NCBI RefSeq assembly: GCF_016432865.1
Contig: NC_067402.1
Location: forward strand, 286,068,001-286,132,000
From: Antechinus flavipes
Taxonomy: Eukaryota
Direction of reading: 5' to 3'
DNA: 64,000 bases
Shown piece by piece: positions 48,131-60,815 of this stretch. The notes beneath the pieces are model-generated. The model had not been told where the DNA came from. It searched no databases and was given only the letters and a program-made list of their open reading frames with translations. The position numbers were made by a program, and so were the translations under genes. Numbering within the stretch: the stretch's first letter is position 1; every line of letters begins with the position of its first letter.

Positions 48131-49039
48131 AAATTTGTGTCAGAGGCCCTCGAGGGCTTTGGATCCCAAGGACTGAGGTATCTAAACACTTCCAGGAGGG
48201 GGGGTTGCACTAAATTATCAGGGTCCTTCCCAGCATGCAGCCCTGATGTTCCAAGTTCTAAGCCCTTTTCAGCTCCAACAGTCCCTGTTCCAAGGTCCCT
48301 CCCGACCCTGCCATTCCATATTCTAAAGGCCCCTCCCAGCGTCATCCCTGGTCCCAAGGCTCTTGGAAGGTTCTATTGGAAGGTAGGAAGTCGCTGGGCT
48401 TCTCTGGCAGTGGCCTGGAGGGTGTCCCGGTTGCCTTGGTCTCTGGCCAGTTCCAAGGCTGCCCTCAGGGATTTGGGGTTCAGACCACTTTTCTACCCCC
48501 CCACTTCATCCCCTACTTATAGGTGGGTCTTAGTCAGTAGTTGCTTCCACAATTGAGAGGAAATTGGGAAACAATCACTGGCATGATCCGGGCCATTTTG
48601 CCAATTTCCGAGTTTTTAAAACTCTAGGGTTGGCCGGGAACCCCGTGCATCTCGTTCAAGCAGAAGGGCTGGTGTTCCAGGTTCTAAGGAGGGATGTGGG
48701 TCGTGGCTCCTCACTTGGGTCGAAAACTCGACTGTTGGGAGTTGGACTCAATTCTACCAAATCCTGCCAACTTCTTCCTCTTCAGGACTCAACTAGAACC
48801 CATCTTGGGGAGAAAGCCCTCCCGCAGAGACCTCAGACGAGACCCTCCACCCCGGGCCCTGGAAACCCGCCTCTTCTGTAGGAAGGCTTTGGCCCTGATG
48901 GCCATTCTGAGGCTCCCAAAGGTTTGGGAACTTCCAACCCAATTCCATCTAGTCCCACAAGCATTAAAAACTGGGCTCCCCCCATCCCAGGCCAGCCCCA
49001 GTGAGAAGCCAACACGGTTCTTGGAGAAAAAGCTTACAT

Positions 49040-49045
49040 TTTAAT
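49040..49045 (-). terminator. ANKRD54: Probable ANKRD54 polyadenylation signal (ATTAAA), implying a 3'UTR of about 1.7 kb
   Basis: TTTAAT on + equals ATTAAA on -. I saw no AATAAA on - between here and the stop codon. Confidence 0.55.
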
Positions 49046-50721
49046 AAGGGTGAACCCAACACATACACGAGAAAGAACCGGAGGGGGCCTGTGTACAGCC
49101 GAGGCGGACCGTTTTCAGCCAGAAGGGACGTCTGCGCGGATCAGGGACACCATTCTCCAGCAATCAGGAAACAAGGCCCAGTAAATGGCACCGCTTAATC
49201 TGCCCCACCACCACGAATCCCTCATCTCAGCACATGAGATTTTGCATCGATGGCCCGGAGCCCGAGCCAAGAGCCTGGGGCAGGGTGACGCTGCCAGCCC
49301 GTGCCCCCCACCACTTCCTGGCCAACGGTCCAACACGAGAAAACGGCAGTAGGAAGCCCTTTGTCCCTGCTTTGTCCCTGCACCCTAAGGATCCTGTGAC
49401 AAAAGTGACGGGGGTGTGCAGGCCCCCCTTAGGCCTGCCACCTTAGGGAACGAGGAGCAACAGTGGCCACTGACTATATACATTAAACAAGAAACCGTAC
49501 TCCCCCCAACCACACAGGAACTTATTTTCTGGGTCACTGTGTGTACATCACAGCGAAGGCTTGAAGGAGGCGCCCTCCATCTTCCCCAGACCCTCACCCA
49601 CAATGGCTGACCCAGCTGCCTTTAGGACCCGGTAAGTGGTTGGCTTGTGGCTTTAAGAACATCTCCACTGCCCGTGGGCGACACAGCGGGCTGGGAAACT
49701 GCTCAGGAGGGGGGTAGAAGCCCACAAGGCCTTGCACCCACAGGGGGCCCCCTGCCTCTAATCCCCTTCAATGTACTGGCTACATGGCCTAGGGGGGTAA
49801 AGTTGCTAAGAGAATGGGGGGAAAGTTCAGCCCCAATTGCCCCAAGTTCCAGGGACCCCAGGAGCTGCCAGCCAAGTTTGGGCACCAGGAGAGCAAGCTC
49901 CCTCCCCTCCTCCTGACCAACTCCCTCACGGCCCCTGTACACAGCCGTGACTCCTCCAGTTTGCAATCCACGGCCTTGAGTTTTGTTCCCCCCCAAAGAG
50001 AACCAGAAGCCGAGGCAACCAGCCTATTTTCTCACAGGGGTCCGAGAGCCCAGTAAGAAGGTGCGAGGCAGTGATGGCTCCCTGAGGCTCCCCAGGCAGC
50101 CCAGAAGGCAGCAGCTGCCCTCGAGGCCCCAGCTCTGACCACAAGGGGCGTTAGAAAGGCTCTTGCCTCGCCCTCCAATGAGCAGGCCCCAATCCCAAAC
50201 TGGGCCTCTCAAAACCACCTTAGATTCCAGCCCCTCAAACTCCCAGCCCCCACAAAACCTCCCACCTCAAAAGGAAACCTTCCCTCAGCTCACCAGGACG
50301 GCGCTGAGATCCAAGCTCTGGTGAGAGGTGTGATGTTTGCCACCAGGACTTCCACTTCCTAAAAAGGGCTCCCCCCACCCCCCTTCTCTGCTCCCAGCAG
50401 CTTCAAGGAGAGGACGGTGGGAGGAGGGTCGGGCCCACCTGCTCTCATGTGTGACGAGCCACGGGCATAAGGAAGGGGAAGGCGGTCTGGGAAACCCCTA
50501 GGCCGGGGCTCTGCTGCCGGGGCAAGGCCAACATCAGCGCGGGAGGGCGTCAAAGAAGGAGGTGACGGCTACAGCCTCCATGGGAGGCTCTGAAGTAGAG
50601 ACCCCGATGAATCCTTCCCAGCAGGCCTGGGCCAGGGCCAGGCTGGCCCCTCCCTTCTTCCAGAGCTGGGGATGGTCTGGCGGAGGTCCGGGAGGGGACG
50701 CAGGGGAGGCCCTCTCTGCGG

Positions 50722-50796
50722 CTACCTCTTCTCCAGCTTCTGCATCTGCAGGCTGAGCGACGTGAAGCTGGCCAGGAGGTCGGTCACCTCGTCCAC
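50722..50796 (-). CDS. ANKRD54: ANKRD54 exon 8 (to stop)
   Basis: gacag| VDEVTDLLASFTSLSLQMQKLEKR*. Spliced CDS totals 885 nt = 294 aa plus stop. Confidence 0.96.
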   Translation of the reverse strand: MDEVTDLLASFTSLSLQMQKLEKR

Positions 50797-51413
50797 CTGT
50801 CAGAACCAAGCAAACATCTAAGCTTCCTCATCTGTCAAATGGGAAGAATTCTAGTAAAAACTCAGGGAGAAAAGTCAGAGAACACAGGCGCAGCCACTCC
50901 CACGGTAAAGGGCGGGAGGCCCTCCCTCTTCCTCCACAAAGTACGGCTCCTGCTCTGGCCCTAACTCCAGGCTGGTGGGCCCTGGGCTAGGCCAGCACTC
51001 AGGAGGCCTTCTGACCTCTGACTCCCACACCAGCTGCCTCAGCGCCTCCAGAGAAGCCCCCCTGTAGGGCACAGAAGAACTAACAGCCAAAGTACATGGG
51101 CACACATCCATCAAGAAAGGAGGGCTTCCCCTAGGATGCCGCCTCCTCTTCCTCCCACTAGATGGTCAGCAGGGATCTCTGTGGGCAGCTCTGCCCACCT
51201 CAGGGAGGAGCCTAACCAAAAGCTCCTTTGGGGTTTCTCTAGAAATACAGCCTCTCTCCAGGGCTTTCCTGGGGCCCAGGACAAAAGGTCTTTCTTAGGG
51301 AGGGGAAAAGCCTGACTTCCTCTTGGAGCAAGTGGCCCACGACCAACCTGGCTCCTTCAGAAAGGATCAGGGCGGAGGGGAAGGAGCCCAGGCTCTAAGT
51401 GACCACTGCCCTA

Positions 51414-51764
<351 letters not shown>

Positions 51765-52712
51765 CTACAGAGACAGCGGAGGGGGGAGGACAGGAGGCTG
51801 GGAGGCGGCCTGCGCCCAGTGTGGCCGCACAGAGCCCGGGCCAGCGCCAGCACTGAGCCTCCCCACAGCCCCATTTTTTAGCTGGAGAAGCAGAGTAGAA
51901 GTGAGGGGTCCGGCCCAGCCAGGGTCCGAGTCAGCTCTCCTGCCTTCAGTGTGTGCCCCATTAAACGGGGTTACGCCGTTCCCACTTCAGCTCAGTTTGT
52001 TTTAAGGGGATCCACCTCAGAGAAGGTGTGCCCCGGGGAGGGGCTCATGTCCTTGGGCAGGATCAGGAGATCTCCAAGGCCAGGGCAGCTTCCAACATTA
52101 CTACCCTGACTCAGCCCCATCCAAAGCTGGGGACCCTGGGCTAATGGGGTGCCGGGAGGATCACATGAGATCCTGCCTGTCACTCAGGAGGCACCACAGA
52201 AAGGACCGGGGCCCTGACTCAGGTTCCCCAATTCTCAGGCTTCTCATCTGTAAAATGGCCCTGGGCTCTGAGATGCTCCAGTGTCCTCAGGCCAGGGCAT
52301 GTAGGACGGCGCTCTCTCCTTCTGGGGCTCTCTGGCTGCACGGAGTCACCCCTTCCTTATCTAAGAGGAGGAGCCTGTGCCCCCCAAATGCCCTGTCTGG
52401 TCACCGACATGCCAACCCCCAAACTCTGACTCCTGGGTCATCCCTGACAGGAGATCTCCCTCCCCACCAGCCCGCTGAGAAATCTCCTTGAAGGACCTCT
52501 CCTCGGGCAGGGGCCACCAAATGCCCTTTCATCTCTGCAGTAACCTGGGGAGCCCCTGGTCGGGGCCCATGGTTTATGAAGGATGGCGGCTTCGTGCTGA
52601 AGCACAGAATAAAAACCTAGTCTGCCTCCCGACTCTGGGGGCACGCTGTGAGCTCCCAGGGCGGCACAACCCCGGGGTCCTCCCAGAACGCTTCCTTCTC
52701 ATCGCCTCCTCA

Positions 52713-53165
<453 letters not shown>

Positions 53166-53391
53166 TCACTCCCCAGCCAGGCCCATCCAGACTCTTAACC
53201 TAGTCATGATCCCTTGGAAGGGCAGTGGTTTGGGGGGGGAGGGGGGAAGGGGAGGAAAAGCCTCTCTGGGGCAGTTCTCACTAGCAGGGGAGGGAGAGAA
53301 GGGGGTTTAGGGGCTTTCTTTGCCGAAGAAGCCGATTTGAGCTGAGGGCGGGCACAGGGATTCTCCTCTCTCAGCACCAGAGATCGGGTCA

Positions 53392-53625
<234 letters not shown>

Positions 53626-54281
53626 TCAGGAAGCAGAGCCCCTCTTGCGCTGGCCTCCTCTCCCCACCACATGGGCAGGGATGCCCACCTTCTAAAGCAG
53701 CAAAGCTGCTGTTGTGCTCCCAGCTCAGGAACCTCCAAAAAGTCACTTCCCCTGAGCCTGCTGCCTCAAGTATACAAGAGCCTCAGAAAGAGCTTCTTAG
53801 GTCGACCCTTCCTGAATTCTATGGCTAATCAATTCACCCGCTTATTTTCCCTTCCCTCTTCAGGCAGAGACTCCCCAAATCCTAATTCCAGAGACGATCC
53901 CGCCTGAGATCCAAGGGCTCCCCATTTCTCCAGCCACCATCCAGCTCCCAAGTGAAGGACCACTCAGCGAGCAAAATGGGAGCCCCGAGGGAGGCGTCTG
54001 GGATGTCCAGAGAACATCCTCTGACAAGAGTCCAGAAGCAGTTGGCAGACAGGAGGCTTCAGTACAAGAAGGACCTGGTTAAGGGGCATTCTGATGACTA
54101 AAGGGTGGTTCTGGCTCTCTCTGGTGCACAAGAAAATATAGAAGAAACTCTCACCTGTTTGATATTCTATAAACTCTTTTCAAAAATGGAAACAGCATTT
54201 GACCAGCGGGTGGGGGAAGAAAAGAAAATGGCTCAGCACTTGTTCTATCTCCCTTGGGCTACCTTGAAAATATATGGGGAC

Positions 54282-54957
54282 AGCAATGTTTCTATTGGGC
54301 TTATATCCCAAAGAAATACTAAAGAAGGGAAAGGGACCTGTATGTGCCAAAATGTTTGTAGCAGCTCTGTTTGTAGTGGCTAGAAGCTGGAAAATGAAAG
54401 GATGTCCATCAATTGGAGAATGGCTGGGTAAATTGTGGTATATGAATGTTATGGAATATTATTGTTCTGTAAGAAATGACCAGCAGGATGAATACAGAGA
54501 GGACTGGCGAGACTTACATGAACTGATGCTAAGTGAAATGAGCAGAACCAGGAGATCATTATACACTTCGACAACGATATTGTATGAGGACATATTTTGA
54601 TGGAAGTGGATTTCTTTGACAAAGAGACCTGAGTTTCAATTGATAAATGACGGACAAAAGCAGCTACACCCAAAGAAAGAACACTGGGAAACGAATGTGA
54701 ACTATCTGCACTTTTGTTTTTCTTCCCGGATTATTTATACCTTCTGAATCCAATTCTCCCTACGCAACAAGAGAACTGTTCGGTTCTGCAAACATATATT
54801 GTATCTAGGATATACTGCAACATATCCAACATATAAAGGACTGCTTGCCATCTAGGGGAGGGGGTGGAGGGAGGGAGGGGAAAAAAAAAATCGGAACAGA
54901 GACGAGTGTCAATATAATGTAATTATTAAATAAAAAATTAAAAAAAAAAAAAAAAAA
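54282..54957 (+). mobile_element. Young 5'-truncated L1 with poly(A) tail and perfect 16-bp TSD
   Basis: TSD GAAAATATATGGGGAC at 54266-54281 and 54958-54973. ORF2 C-terminal remnant (LLGLYPKEILKKGKGPVCAKMFVAALFVVARSWK...) is still open. Confidence 0.92.
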
Positions 54958-55532
54958 GAAAATATATGGGGACCACAGGTCTGAGAGCCCCTTCAACAAG
55001 CATCCGATCCTGGCCACTGAGAGTCAAGGGAGAAACTCCGGGACGGAGAAATGGAGAATAAGGTGGGAGCCTCTCCTAGTGGAGAAGGGGGGGGGGGGGG
55101 TGTTAAATAACAACAGTGATGAGGCTAGCCGGGCACTTCAAAGCCCAATATAGAGTCTGGGGTGAACCGAGCAAGGATGAGACCAGTAGCTTTAAGAATT
55201 AACTCCAGGTGAGGGACACCTCCCTGCTGTGTACTTGGCAAACCACTTCTGCCATCCCCCTCTCTGATGTGCCGGGATGGGGGGAAAGATTCAGTCATAG
55301 TCAGGTAGGAAGAAGCCTCAGTTGCCCCTTAAGTACAATTCAGTTCACAGGAGGGGAAACTGAGGCACAGAGTGGTTAAGGGACTGGCTCAAAGTGAAGG
55401 GGAGTTAGTGGCAAAGCCAAGACTAGAAAATAGGAGTCCTGATTCCCAGAGACCCTGAGAGTCTCTGGCACGGCCCGGGTCCAATTCACAAACCGACTGA
55501 TCTAATTTTCCAACGATCGGCAGCATCTCCTA

Positions 55533-55790
<258 letters not shown>

Positions 55791-56364
55791 TTAGCGAGGA
55801 CGAAGGGCCCCTTCAGACCAGGAGTCCCCTCCTGCAAGCTGGCCTTAAAGAACAAGAAAGCTCAACCCTGAGCACAAAAGCCCACAAGTCTTCAGCACTT
55901 TGGCCAGCACTAAGGACCCTCCCACCTGGGAACTCTGAGCAGGGACACGGCTCCAGCAGCCCCCAGGAATTTTGGCTTGAATCACCAAGAAAGAGATGAG
56001 GAGAGATGGGCACTGAGACACGTGCCGATGCCACAGACGGGCGGCAGAGCTCTACCGGCTAGCCCAGACTAGGTCTGCACATGCATCTGAGAGGGAGCCC
56101 GCCATGCCCTGGGGCAGCCCAGGCCTGCTGGGGCGGCCTCCTGCTTAGCGCTAACACAACCTCTGCCCATCCCAAACTCCCAAAGAGATGTCAGGCTGGT
56201 CTCCTCTCGGCCTCTTGCCTCCACCTGAAGGAGCTTAGTTATTCCATTAATGAATTCAAGAGCCTTCCCCATCCAGGACACTCTCCACCTTGTCTAGAAA
56301 TCCCGAGCTCCCTTTGATGCTCGGCCCAGACCTGTTTGACTCAGCCCATGCTAGGAGTCCCCCA

Positions 56365-56385
56365 GGCAGCACCACGGACAGAGCC
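56365..56385 (+). promoter_or_regulatory. RE1/NRSE (REST-binding) motif
   Basis: GGCAGCACCACGGACAGAGCC compared with consensus TTCAGCACCACGGACAGMGCC: 19 of 21 positions match. Confidence 0.75.
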
Positions 56386-58342
56386 CAGCCTGAAGCCAGA
56401 AAGACCCCAGTTCAAATTATGCCCAGGCTCTTACTAGCTTTGTGATGGCAGTGACTGATGACTGAATCTTTCTCGGCCTCCATCAAATGGGGCTGTTAAC
56501 ACCAAATGAGAGCACACAGATAAAGCACTTTGTTGCCTCTGGTTACTACTGGCTCTGGAGTCCATCTAGTCCCAACACCACGTCAGAGTGGAGCAGGACA
56601 CGCTCTTGGAGGCAGGAACCTGCCTTCTGAGCCCTTGTTTTCCTAGGGACAAGTCTGGGCTCGGCACATAGTAGGTGCTTAATGAATGCTGACTGTCAGT
56701 ATCTTTTGTGTAAAACATGGTGTCTAAATGGAGCACAGAGAGTCTGGCCAGGGCAGAAGTCAACAAGAGTAATGCTGTCCTCCGGGTGGCCTCCGGACCC
56801 CTCGGTGCAGTCTGAGGCTGCGCCAGCTTCTGGGCTGCTTGCATCGCTGGACAATCACTCATCCAAAGCCTACTGCTCGCCAAGCACTGCTAAGACACAA
56901 ATATGGCAGCCCCCACTGTGAGGAGCTTCCATGACCCTCCGCACGCAGACAAGGAAGTACAAACTACACAGCTGGCCATTCCTGGGGGCCAGTCCAGGCC
57001 TCCGTGGAGCTCTGAAGGGGTAAAGGACTCTCAGATGAACCACTAACAACCTTCGTCAAGCCTTCACCACGTGGCAGGCGCCGAGCTGGGGAGCAAGGTG
57101 ACCAGGGCAACTGTCCTGCTCCATCAGCTGGCACCTCAGGGCCCTGGAAATCCCACACTAGGTCTCCTATGCCATGTCTTCCCTCCCCCTCTGCAAAGGC
57201 TGTCAACACTTGGGTCTCAGATTCAAAGTTCAGCGTCCCTGACCCCTTTTGTGACTGCTCCAGTTTCTGCCCGACTCCTTCCTCTGTTAATGCTTAGTTC
57301 CATGAATCAATCTATCTGTAAAGCTCTCCGCACAGGGCCTGGCACATAGTAGGAAGGTCTTTAGGACCTTGTTCCTGTCCCTTCCTGTTAAGACTCAGCT
57401 CCAAAATGATGGCATGTGCTCTCAGAAGGCAAGGAAGGTAGAAGCTTGGGAGTCAGGGGACAAGTTAAAGTGCTGCTCCCAACACTTCCCAGCTATGCCA
57501 TCCCAGACAGGTTTCTCATCCCATCTGTACAACGGGTCTGACAAATCTTGCCACGTTTATTTCAGAAAACTCTACTAGAGGACAATACTTAAACTTTGAA
57601 GGCCCTTCCTAAAGCGCAAACCCAAGCACAGGAGGATGCTCATCAATTCCCCTGGGGAACAAAGGACAACCTGCCCAGCACAGGCCGTCTCCCCTTCCCA
57701 TAATTCTGCACTGAAGCTAGGAAAAGAAAGTTCTTTAGTTTGGACCCTTCTCTTAATTAAAAGAAGGATCTTTCACTGCTTAAATGTGTGCCCCAAAAGT
57801 TGTTCTAAACCTAGTTTCTGGCCCTGGGACCTTAGCCCAGCTGTGCCCCTTCTGGTCCCTGCAGGGATTATTTTGCTGTTGCCTCTAACATGACTACAGG
57901 ACAGGGTAATCTCTGTGTCTAGATTCCCTGGCAGATCACTGACCTTGAAGGGAGACAAGAAAGATTAGCTGCCCCTGTCCCTTCCTTCCTTTCTCCTCTC
58001 TAGTCAGCAAAAGCGCAGTCAGAGCCTCCATTTCCCAGGAAAGTGGGGCAGTTTTCATGGTTGGAAGCCTTTCTCCTGGCAGAGGTCGAGGAGCCGTTGG
58101 GGCCCTTCTTCAAGTGCAAACAGCTGGTGTCCACGGAGGTTCGCCCAACCTGCCCAAGGCAGTCCTGCCCATCGGGCTCTCCCTAGTCTATCCTTTTTTC
58201 CTCCTTTCCGCCAGGAAGTTGCGCAGGTCTCACAGCTAGGAAGTGCTAAGTGTCTGAGGCTGGATTTGAACTCGGGCCCTCCTGACTCGACGAGCTCCCC
58301 AGACCCTCCTCAAGAGCCCCGGGACGCCTATGGGGGACTCAC

Positions 58343-58390
58343 CTGTTTCTAAGTCATTGGCGTTGGCAGCTTCCCGCAGCCTTTTCAGCG
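58343..58390 (-). CDS. ANKRD54: ANKRD54 exon 2
   Basis: ccacag| (A)LKRLREAANANDLET(V) |GTGAGT. Confidence 0.95.
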
Positions 58391-58786
58391 CTGTGGAGAA
58401 GGGTAGAGAACGGGCATGAAGAGGAGGCCCTGCAGGCCCAGAAGCCCCCAGCCACTCTCATGGGCTGCCCCGGGGCTGGGGGGCTTCCCTCAGGGTATCT
58501 GGCTGGTGAATGGAAGACCCCTGACGCAGGAGGCCAAGAATAGGAGTCCTTTCCTTTCACCGACGCCCGGGAGTGAGAGGAATGGCCTCCCATTGACCCC
58601 AGGAAGCTGGGAGGGGTGTTCCCCATCTCTGACCTAGAGGTCATGGGGGGCCGCCCTCCCCTTCCTCTGGGGCTCTTCCCTCTTCTCCCGGAGTGCTGAG
58701 GGATCCTCCCTCCACCTCTCCCCAGCAGTCCTTGAGGTTCCTCCCCCCCTCTCGGTTCCTGGGCACTCCTCCCCCACCCAGCTCAC

Positions 58787-59096
58787 CGTGTACCTCCCGA
58801 CCCGTGGGCCCCAGGCGCCGATGCGGTCGGGCTGCACGCTGGAGGCGGCCCGACCGCAGCTTGCCGCTCCGTTCGTTTCCGGGACCGGGATCAGGGCCGG
58901 GGTCGCGCTGCCACAGCTCGTGCAGGAGGCGCAGCGGCGCGGGGGGCGGTGCCGGGACCGCCGGGCCCAGGCCGCCCAGCACCGCGGCGAACCCGCCGAA
59001 CGAGAAGCTGGCCTCGGGCCCCGCGCCGCCCTCAGCCCGCGGCTCCCATACCCCGGTCTCGGTGCCGACTCCGGGGCCTCCGCCCGAGGATGCCAT
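58787..59096 (-). CDS. ANKRD54: ANKRD54 (ankyrin repeat domain 54, Liar) exon 1
   Basis: Kozak GCCATGG start at 59096. MASSGGG...PLRLLHELWQ...GRLQRAARPHRRLGPTGREVH(A) |GTGAGC. Confidence 0.93.
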
Positions 59097-59139
59097 GGCA
59101 ACCGCGCCGACCCCGGGACCCGCCACAGCCGCCGCCGCC

Positions 59140-59790
59140 GCCGTAGCGTCAGGGTCGACGTCACGTCAGCCTCCTTCCTAACAGTCGGCCCCACCGACAG
59201 GGTCTAGGCCGGGGAGAGGCCCTTTGCGCGAGGTTCTACGGTCGCGGATGAACAGTCTTTTGGACCAATCAGTCTGTCATTGCTGAGCGACCAAACCAAT
59301 GAAGCCGAGGCTAGGGTTAGGGATGAGGATTGGTCGTAGGAATCCGATAGACAGAGTCATAGTCCAATCAGATAACAAGGCGTTCCACTATTCCTCTCCC
59401 CGCCCCTACCATGGCCAATCAAATCACCTTGTTTGGGACCACCACTCTCACCGTGTTAAAGTTGAAATCGAGACCCTTAAGCTTTAGTCAATCACTACAA
59501 GTTTTCCGCGGCCAATAACAAAAGAAAACAGAGGAGAAGTAGAATGGGGATTCTTTTAATAACAAATTTAAGTCTGACAAGGTTTTGGGGTATTTTTTTG
59601 AGCTTGCGAACTAAGTTCCCGCTCGTGGGAAAGAGTCGCCCCTGGATCCTTGGTGGGAGCCGGGAGGCTTCAGAGCGCACGCGCTTGAAAAGAAGGCGGG
59701 GTAAAAATTTCATTTGTGTGGGGTGGGGAAGGCCGGAGGCGTCCTCTGCCGGGCGGGGCGGGGCGCTTTCCCGGCTCAAAGGAATAAGAG
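59140..59790 (-). promoter_or_regulatory. ANKRD54: ANKRD54 promoter: CRE half-sites, six CCAAT boxes, GC boxes
   Basis: TGACG half-sites on - near 59147-59168; CCAAT/ATTGG at 59265, 59296, 59329, 59364, 59415, 59512; GC boxes at about 59750-59765. Confidence 0.75.
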
Positions 59791-60084
59791 TTTGTGCATA
59801 TTAACTTAAAGTAAATGCATAATACCACCACATATATTTATTAATCATATCATTCTTTCCCGTTCAAATCCAGTCTTAGACACTCACCAGCAGTGCGAGC
59901 CTCCTTAAGTCACTGTACCTCTGCCTCAGTTTCCTCAACTATAAAATGAAAGTAATAATAGCAACTTCTCATCGTATCCCTCATCCTCCGGGCGTGTTTT
60001 TGGTTCTAACTCATCGAGGCAATTCAATTCTGCCACATCATCCATTCTCAAACTATTTTGCATTTTCCCAAATTACGCGATGTT

Positions 60085-60815
60085 TGAATTTTTAATAGTA
60101 TTTCATTTTTCCAAAAACATGTGATGTCACGTGATTTTGGGGTCCCCGGACTTTGGGGACCTGTTCTAGTGAGGCCTTGGTCTCAGGAAACTGAGCACAT
60201 CCAATCTTATCTGAAGCCCCCGAATTCACTTGGAGATTAACTTCCTAGACCTACCCTAGAGCTATAGAATTAACATATCCATGATTGACGGTCCTTTTCC
60301 TGAATTTGCTTAGAATTCAGTCCGCTGAGTAATGACATCAAGTTGCTTTTAATCAAATCTTTGCTCCTTGACTAGGAGATGGGTTCAAGCTTGCAAACTC
60401 TTTTGAGACCCCTCGCAGCACAGGTCTGGGACTTTGGGGGTCCCCCTTCTGGACCTCAACACATGCAAAGACAGTCTTCAACATTCACCTTTGCAAAATC
60501 TTAGGTTGCAAATTTTTCTCCCTCTTTCTCCCCTCCCTCCCTTAGAGAGCAAAACAATCTGATACAGATTAAACTTGGGCAGTTCTTCTAAACATATTTC
60601 CACATTATCTTCATGCTGTGCAAGAAAAATCAGATCAAAAGGCAAACAAACAAACAAACAAAGAAAAAAAAAGGAGAAAAAAAAAAACAAGCAAACAAAA
60701 AGTGAAAAGACTCTGCTTTGATCCCCATTCAGCCTCTCTGGATGCCATGGTTCTTTCCATCACAAGTCTATCGGAATTGCCCGAATCACCTCATTAATGA
60801 AAAGAGCCAAGTTTT
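60085..60815 (-). mobile_element. Antisense L1 3' end interrupted by a solo LTR
   Basis: 'ttttccaaaaacatg' resumes as 'catgcaaagacagtcttcaacattcacc' after the insert. Confidence 0.8.
60122..60461 (+). mobile_element. 340-bp solo LTR (class I/ERV1-like)
   Basis: TGATG...CAACA termini; 4-bp TSD CATG (60118-60121 and 60462-60465). Orientation is tentative. Confidence 0.75.

Noticed and set aside
59097-59126. GTG-initiated N-terminal extension of ANKRD54 shown in the ORF track
   Set aside because: ATG at 59096 has a strong Kozak context; the extension is short and unsupported.
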